Below, one piece after another: positions 59,041 through 64,000 of a stretch of 64,000 bases of DNA. The notes under the pieces were generated by a model. The model searched no databases. It had not been told where the DNA came from and worked only from the letters and a program-made list of their open reading frames with translations. Source of the DNA: Candidatus Sericytochromatia bacterium (GTDB taxonomy: Bacteria; Cyanobacteriota; Sericytochromatia; S15B-MN24; UBA4093); the NCBI GenBank assembly GCA_036676985.1, contig JAKFBU010000001.1, positions 64,001-128,000 of the forward strand, written 5' to 3'. Positions within the stretch are counted from its first letter, which is position 1. Each line of letters opens with the position of its first letter. A program made the translations under genes and the position numbers.

Positions 59041-61308
59041 CTAATGCGGTAGCAGAGAGGTCACGAGATCCGCCAGGCGATCGCCGAAGCCGGAGGTGAG
59101 GCTCTCGGGGGGGGCTTGGCGCATGAGATGGAGCTTGCCGGTCCTCGCGAGCACCTCGTAATGCGTATGGCCCGTGGCATCCCGGTGGAAGCGCAGGCTG
59201 ACTCGGGCCTCTCCGACCTGGAGATTCTCGAGCGTCAGCTCGGGCAACCACTCGGGCAGATCGGGATCGACCACGAGCGTGTGGAGCGGAGCGAGGGGAA
59301 AGAGGCCCGTCAAAGCCTGGATCAAGAGGACGATCGCGCTCGATGACCAGCTCTGCGGGGCGTTGGACTGGGGGTAAATGCCGGGGTGCGGGTGCTCGCG
59401 GCTCCGCTGGTAGCCTCCGATGGCCTCGGGCAGGCGGTACTGATCGAAGATCTCGGTGGCGTCCAGGATCCCCCGCGCCAGGTCATGGAGCAGAGAGTTG
59501 AGTCCGTAACGCTTGAATCCGAGGGCGATGGAGGCGTTCTCCGACGGCCAGACGGATCCCAGGTGATAGGCGAACGGGTTGAAGGCCGGATGCTCGCTAG
59601 AGAGCGTGCGGATGCCCCAGCCGCTGAACATGTCCGGCGCCATCAGGCGGCCGGCCACGGCGGCCGCCTTGTCACGGTCCACGATGCCGCAGGCCAAGCA
59701 ATGTCCGGGGTTCGAGGCGATGTTCCGGACGGGCCGCTTGTCCGGGTCCAGCGCCTGGGCGAAGGTCTTTTCATCCGGCAGCCAGAACGCCTGATTGAAG
59801 CGGCGCTTCAGGTCCTGCGCCTGCGCCAGCAGCTCCCGTCCGCGCCCGTAGTCGCCCAGGAACAGGAAGACCAGTCCCATCAGCTGCTTGGCGGCGAAGT
59901 AGTAGCCCTGGACCTCGACGACCGCGATCGGGTTGGGCATCATCCGCCCGTCCTCATAGAGCAGGGCCTCCGGCGAATCCATCCACCCCTGGTTCTTGCC
60001 CCGCTTGTCGGCCTGGTGGGTCTCGTACTCGTAGAACCCGTCGCCGTCGATGTCGGCATCGCGGTCGATCCACTCGAGAACCGCCAAGAGGTTGGGCATC
60101 AGGTGCTGGATGAAGGCCCTATCGCCGGTCTGAACGAAGTAGGAGGCCGCGGAGATCAGGTACATCCCCGGGCCGGCATAATCGCCGTAGTAGCGGAGGA
60201 AGGGGTTGGCTCCCAGGAGCGCCAGCGGGCTCATTTTCGCCTGCTGGATGGTCCGGCCGGGCTGCTCGTCATGGGCGGGGTCGTAACGGGTGCCCAGGTA
60301 CCGCCCGAGCAGCTGGAGGGTGCCCTTCAACAAGAGGGGACTGGCGATGCTCGCCTGCCACCCGGTGGTCAGCGGGTCGCGCGCATACAGCTCCTGGTAG
60401 AGGGGGATCCCGGCGGCCGGGGTGTAGACCTCGTCTCCCTCGCCCTCATGGAGGGGCAGAGAGCCCAGATCGTAGAGCGAGCGGTCCCATGCCGCCTGGA
60501 CCTGGTGATTCGGCGTCTTGAGCGTCGCACACTGCTCGGACCAGGTCTCCCGCACCCGATCCAGGCGCGTGGAGCGCGAGTGAAAGGCCTCACAACCGTA
60601 GACGGGCTCGATGCGCTCGCCGAGAAAGAGCGGAATCACATCGAGGCACAGTCGGTGTCGCTGACGTGGCGCGAGGCGGACCCGATACACGACTTTCCCC
60701 GCGTCGAACCGGGGGCCGTCCTCATGGCGAGCAAACCGCAGGACGGTGCCATGCGGGAGCTGCGGATGCTGGTAGGTGAAGGTGAGCTCGCACCCGTCGG
60801 CCGCCTCGACCCACCGGGTGCTCACCTCCGCGTTCTGGAGGCGCAGCCCCCGGCCCTCGATGATCTCCTCCACGTCCGCGTAGTCCGCCCCGACCTCGAA
60901 GGCGAGCTCGACCTCGGTTTCGCGCAGGCCATGGTTGGTGACGAGCAGATCCTGGTGCATGCCGCCGCCCACGAAGCGGTTCACCTGGACGAGGATGGCC
61001 TTCTTCGCGATCTCGCCGCCGTCGCTCTCCGGATCGTCCGGCTCGGCGCCCGCCATGCGGCCAGCCGGCGTGGGGGCGGCGTAATGGGCGATCATCGAGT
61101 AGGAGTCGACCGGGTTGGCCGACACGAAGGTGGGCCGTTCGCCGTTGACGGTGAGCACCAGGCGGCAGAGAAAGCGCGTCTGACGAAAATAGAAGCCGTC
61201 GTGACCTCCATCGATCTGGCCATGGACGCTGGTCGCCACCACCGAGAAACCCGACGAGGCATACAGGCTCTCGGGAAACATCTGGAACCGGTTGAGCGCG
61301 ATACCCAT
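59041..61308 (-). CDS. Amylo-alpha-1,6-glucosidase / glycogen debranching family protein
   Basis: ELYARDPL, DEQPGRTI, NQGWMDS, YHLGSVWP, RLPE, PQSWSS; start taken at MGIALNRF. Confidence 0.88.
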   Translation of the reverse strand: MGIALNRFQMFPESLYASSGFSVVATSVHGQIDGGHDGFYFRQTRFLCRLVLTVNGERPTFVSANPVDSYSMIAHYAAPTPAGRMAGAEPDDPESDGGEIAKKAILVQVNRFVGGGMHQDLLVTNHGLRETEVELAFEVGADYADVEEIIEGRGLRLQNAEVSTRWVEAADGCELTFTYQHPQLPHGTVLRFARHEDGPRFDAGKVVYRVRLAPRQRHRLCLDVIPLFLGERIEPVYGCEAFHSRSTRLDRVRETWSEQCATLKTPNHQVQAAWDRSLYDLGSLPLHEGEGDEVYTPAAGIPLYQELYARDPLTTGWQASIASPLLLKGTLQLLGRYLGTRYDPAHDEQPGRTIQQAKMSPLALLGANPFLRYYGDYAGPGMYLISAASYFVQTGDRAFIQHLMPNLLAVLEWIDRDADIDGDGFYEYETHQADKRGKNQGWMDSPEALLYEDGRMMPNPIAVVEVQGYYFAAKQLMGLVFLFLGDYGRGRELLAQAQDLKRRFNQAFWLPDEKTFAQALDPDKRPVRNIASNPGHCLACGIVDRDKAAAVAGRLMAPDMFSGWGIRTLSSEHPAFNPFAYHLGSVWPSENASIALGFKRYGLNSLLHDLARGILDATEIFDQYRLPEAIGGYQRSREHPHPGIYPQSNAPQSWSSSAIVLLIQALTGLFPLAPLHTLVVDPDLPEWLPELTLENLQVGEARVSLRFHRDATGHTHYEVLARTGKLHLMRQAPPESLTSGFGDRLADLVTSLLPH

Positions 61309-61557
61309 CTCATCGACCTTTCGGCCCGGCGATCGCCAGGCGGCAACCACACCCATGGGGACCGTCTCCAAGCCGCCCATCCGGTCCACGGGGGGGCGGG
61401 GCGACAAGAACGCGCTGTCGTGGACCAAAGGACGAACCGATCCACGACGCGATGAAGGGCGCGAGGGTGCTGCAACTTGCCGGCGGGCGGCATGGCTCAG
61501 GGGCGGAACAGATGGGGGCAACAAATGGCCACCGCGATGATAGTCCCCCCATGGCCA

Positions 61558-61583
61558 CTTTTGCAATCTTTTTATGGCAAAAG
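61558..61583. promoter_or_regulatory. Palindromic operator-like site, copy A
   Basis: CTTTTGCAATCTTTTTATGGCAAAAG, AT-rich imperfect inverted repeat. Confidence 0.6.
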
Positions 61584-61686
61584 GTTCGAGGGCTTGCCCG
61601 CGCGAGCGGGTGGCGGCCCAACGCGGCTCGACGCGCCCCCCACTCGGCATCCGACCAGGAAGGCATCGTCACGCCCGCTTTTGAAG

Positions 61687-61732
61687 CTTTTGTAATATTT
61701 TTATTGCAAAAGACCGTAGGATGCGCTAGTAT
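61687..61732 (+). promoter_or_regulatory. Palindromic operator copy B overlapping the folE sigma70 promoter
   Basis: CTTTTGTAATATTTTTATTGCAAAAG (61687-61712); TTGCAA-N17-TAGTAT. Confidence 0.65.
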
Positions 61733-61836
61733 CCGGCTTACTCAGCAGGAAGCGGACGTTGGGCCGACGATGGGGGGATCCTGGCGAGCTGATTGGCGCG
61801 CCGATTGGCGGGTCGCAAGGCCCGAGGAGAGTGACC

Positions 61837-62418
61837 ATGGCGGTAGAGGTGCGCGTCGACGATCCCGTGGCGAGCGATGTGCTGGAGGCGATCAGGACGC
61901 TCCTGATCGCCATCGGCGAAGATCCCGACCGTGAGGGCCTGCGGGACACCCCGCGCCGCATGATGAAGAGCTGGACGGAGCTGTTTGTCGGCTACCAGCA
62001 GGACCCGGCGAGCATCCTCGCGACCACCTTCGACGAGGTCCAGGGTTACGGGGAGATGGTGGTGCTGAGAGACATCCCGTTTCACTCCACCTGCGAGCAT
62101 CACTGGCTGCCGTTCACCGGGGTGGCGCACGTCGCCTACCTGCCGGACAGGCGCGTGGTCGGGCTCTCGAAGCTGGCCCGACTGGTCGATTGCTTCGCGC
62201 GACGCCTCCAAATCCAGGAGCGCATGACCCAGCAGATCACCCGCTCCCTGATGGAGCACCTGGCCCCCCGAGGGGCCGCTGCGGTCGTGCAAGCGGCCCA
62301 TGGCTGCATGGCCTGCCGGGGCATCCGCAAAGAAGGCGCAACCATGGTCACCTCCTCGTTCGAAGGAGAGCTGCGGACTCCCGCGCCACGAGCGGAGTTT
62401 CTCGGTCTGATCCGGTAG
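61837..62418 (+). CDS. folE: GTP cyclohydrolase I
   Basis: GEDPDREGLRDTPRR, STCEHHWLPF, GLSKLAR, RLQIQER, HGCMACRG. Confidence 0.96.
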   Translation: MAVEVRVDDPVASDVLEAIRTLLIAIGEDPDREGLRDTPRRMMKSWTELFVGYQQDPASILATTFDEVQGYGEMVVLRDIPFHSTCEHHWLPFTGVAHVAYLPDRRVVGLSKLARLVDCFARRLQIQERMTQQITRSLMEHLAPRGAAAVVQAAHGCMACRGIRKEGATMVTSSFEGELRTPAPRAEFLGLIR

Positions 62419-62526
62419 TCGTGCGCCTGTGGAGAGGACCCGGTCTCGAGGGACGGGGTGGCGTGAGAGCGGGGTCTCGTGCGGCTGTCGCCGATCGCCC
62501 CGCAGACATGAAAGGAGTGGCCGACG

Positions 62527-62688
62527 ATGCGTCGATACCGTTGTACCGTGTGTGAGCACATCTACGATGAGGCCCAGGGGGATCCCGACTCGGGGATCGC
62601 GCCCGGGACGAAGTGGGAGGACATTCCCGACGACTGGAGCTGCCCGGAGTGCCAGGCGAGCAAGAGTGACTTCGTGCTCATCGAGTAG
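62527..62688 (+). CDS. Rubredoxin (53 aa, absent from the ORF track)
   Basis: [53 protein letters not shown]; AAGGAG RBS. Confidence 0.97.
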   Translation: MRRYRCTVCEHIYDEAQGDPDSGIAPGTKWEDIPDDWSCPECQASKSDFVLIE

Positions 62689-62697
62689 GAGGGGGCC

Positions 62698-63882
62698 ATG
62701 TCGCGCATCATCATCGTGGGGGCCGGCCACGCCGGGCTGACGGTCGCCAAGGAGCTCCTGACGCTTCGACCGGGGACCGCCATCAGCGTCGTGACGGCTG
62801 ACGACGGCCATCAGTACCCCAAGCCTCAGCTCTCGACCAGCCTTCGGCTCGGAAAACAACCCGATGCCCTGATCGTCCAGCGGGCGGAGGCGCTGGCGCA
62901 GCGGGGCCTGGAGATGATTCCGAGGACCCGCGTGACGGGCATCCATGCGGACGAAAAGCGCCTCCGGCTTCACGACGGACGGACGCTCGACTACGATCGG
63001 CTGGTGCTGGCGATCGGCGCGAGCCCCTTCATCCCGCCCATGGAAGGCTCCACCGAGCACGTCCTCACCATCAACCACCTCGACGACTATCGGCGGTTCC
63101 GCAATCGCCTGGTCCCCGATCGGCCCGTCGTGATCATCGGCGGGGGGTTGATCGGGATGGAGTTCGCGGCCGATCTGACGAGCGTCGGGTACCGGGTCCA
63201 CGTGGTCGATCCCGGGGCGGCGGCCCTGCCTCGGCTCTTGCCGCCCGTCGCCGCAGCGGCGCTCACGGATGCCCTCTCGCGGCAGGGCGTCACGTTTCAC
63301 TGGCAGCGCAGCGTGAGTCGACTGGAGGGCGGGCCCGGCGAGTTCCGGGCGACGCTATCGGACGGCTCGGTCCTCTCGTCCGGCACCGTGCTCTCCGCGG
63401 TCGGCCTGAGGCCCTCGCTCGACCTGGCACGCGCGGCAGGTCTACCCACCGCGCGGGGCATCCTGGTGGACGAGCACATGCGCGCAGCACCCGACGTCTA
63501 CGCCGTCGGCGACTGCGTCGAGCTGCCGGGCGAGCTCTACCTCCCGTTCATCAAGCCGATCACCGATACGGGGAAGTACGTCGCGCGGCGACTGGCAGGG
63601 AAGACCGAGGCCCCCATTGCCCTGCCCAACTACGCCATCGCCGTGAAGGTGCCGCAGTGGCCCGTGGCGAGTTCGACGCCCCTTCCCGGCGAGCACGGGA
63701 CCTGGGAGGAGAGCCGGGATGACGAGGGGACCTTCTCCCGGCTGATCAGCCCCGAAGGGGTCGTCCTCCGCCTCGTGGCGACGGGAAACCGGGCGCCGGA
63801 AGTTGCCAACCATCTCGCCCATCTGCCGCCGCTCCGCCCATCCAGCGCGGCGGCCCCTGGGCCCAGACCTCAGAGGGTGTAG
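62698..63882 (+). CDS. NAD(P)H:rubredoxin oxidoreductase (RubB/NorW-like)
   Basis: IVGAGHAG, YPKPQLS, IGGGLIGMEFA, VYAVGDC; directly after rubredoxin. Confidence 0.9.
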   Translation: MSRIIIVGAGHAGLTVAKELLTLRPGTAISVVTADDGHQYPKPQLSTSLRLGKQPDALIVQRAEALAQRGLEMIPRTRVTGIHADEKRLRLHDGRTLDYDRLVLAIGASPFIPPMEGSTEHVLTINHLDDYRRFRNRLVPDRPVVIIGGGLIGMEFAADLTSVGYRVHVVDPGAAALPRLLPPVAAAALTDALSRQGVTFHWQRSVSRLEGGPGEFRATLSDGSVLSSGTVLSAVGLRPSLDLARAAGLPTARGILVDEHMRAAPDVYAVGDCVELPGELYLPFIKPITDTGKYVARRLAGKTEAPIALPNYAIAVKVPQWPVASSTPLPGEHGTWEESRDDEGTFSRLISPEGVVLRLVATGNRAPEVANHLAHLPPLRPSSAAAPGPRPQRV

Positions 63883-63906
63883 CAGAACGGTCCCGCGACA
63901 GCCTCG

Positions 63907-63979
63907 CCTGGACGGCGAGCTGGCGACCCAGCTCGATCAGAAGCCCATCGCGCTCCCGCCCTGGCACCCGCTGGCCTGA
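63907..63979 (+). repeat. 73-bp direct repeat, copy 2 (orphan pepC 3' end)
   Basis: Encodes LDGELATQLDQKPIALPPWHPLA* versus LDGELATQLDQEPTALPPWHPLA* in pepC. Confidence 0.92.
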
Positions 63980-64000
63980 GCGCCTCACGGGGCAAAACGG

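Overview
GC-rich bacterial chromosomal window. An SLH-domain porin-like protein, many lipoproteins, a cyanobacterial-style 6S RNA candidate and CCA-less tRNA genes suggest a non-photosynthetic relative of Cyanobacteria such as Ca. Sericytochromatia; this is inference only. Most of the window is housekeeping and envelope genes: a minor type IV pilin cluster, rseP, hemL, pckA, ppc, radA, a maltodextrin-type ABC transporter, trpC/trpF, prmA, rlpA, SAM-I riboswitch-metH-yitJ, leuS, an FtsH paralog, tRNA-Asp and tRNA-fMet. The standout is a candidate graspetide (ATP-grasp RiPP) locus at 55.9-58.9 kb. There a 224-aa precursor with nine invariant K-x-x-x-D-D-P cores and no conserved Thr/Ser donor sits 9 bp upstream of an ATP-grasp ligase, followed by a C1B aminopeptidase. 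Other points of note: a ~5 kb cassette (debranching enzyme / folE-rubredoxin-reductase, with twin palindromic operators) bracketed by a 73-bp duplication of the pepC 3' end; a GluRS paralog lacking both HIGH and KMSKS motifs; a probable 6S RNA; and a recurring sigma28-like promoter motif. All calls come from reading motifs by eye, and no searches were run.
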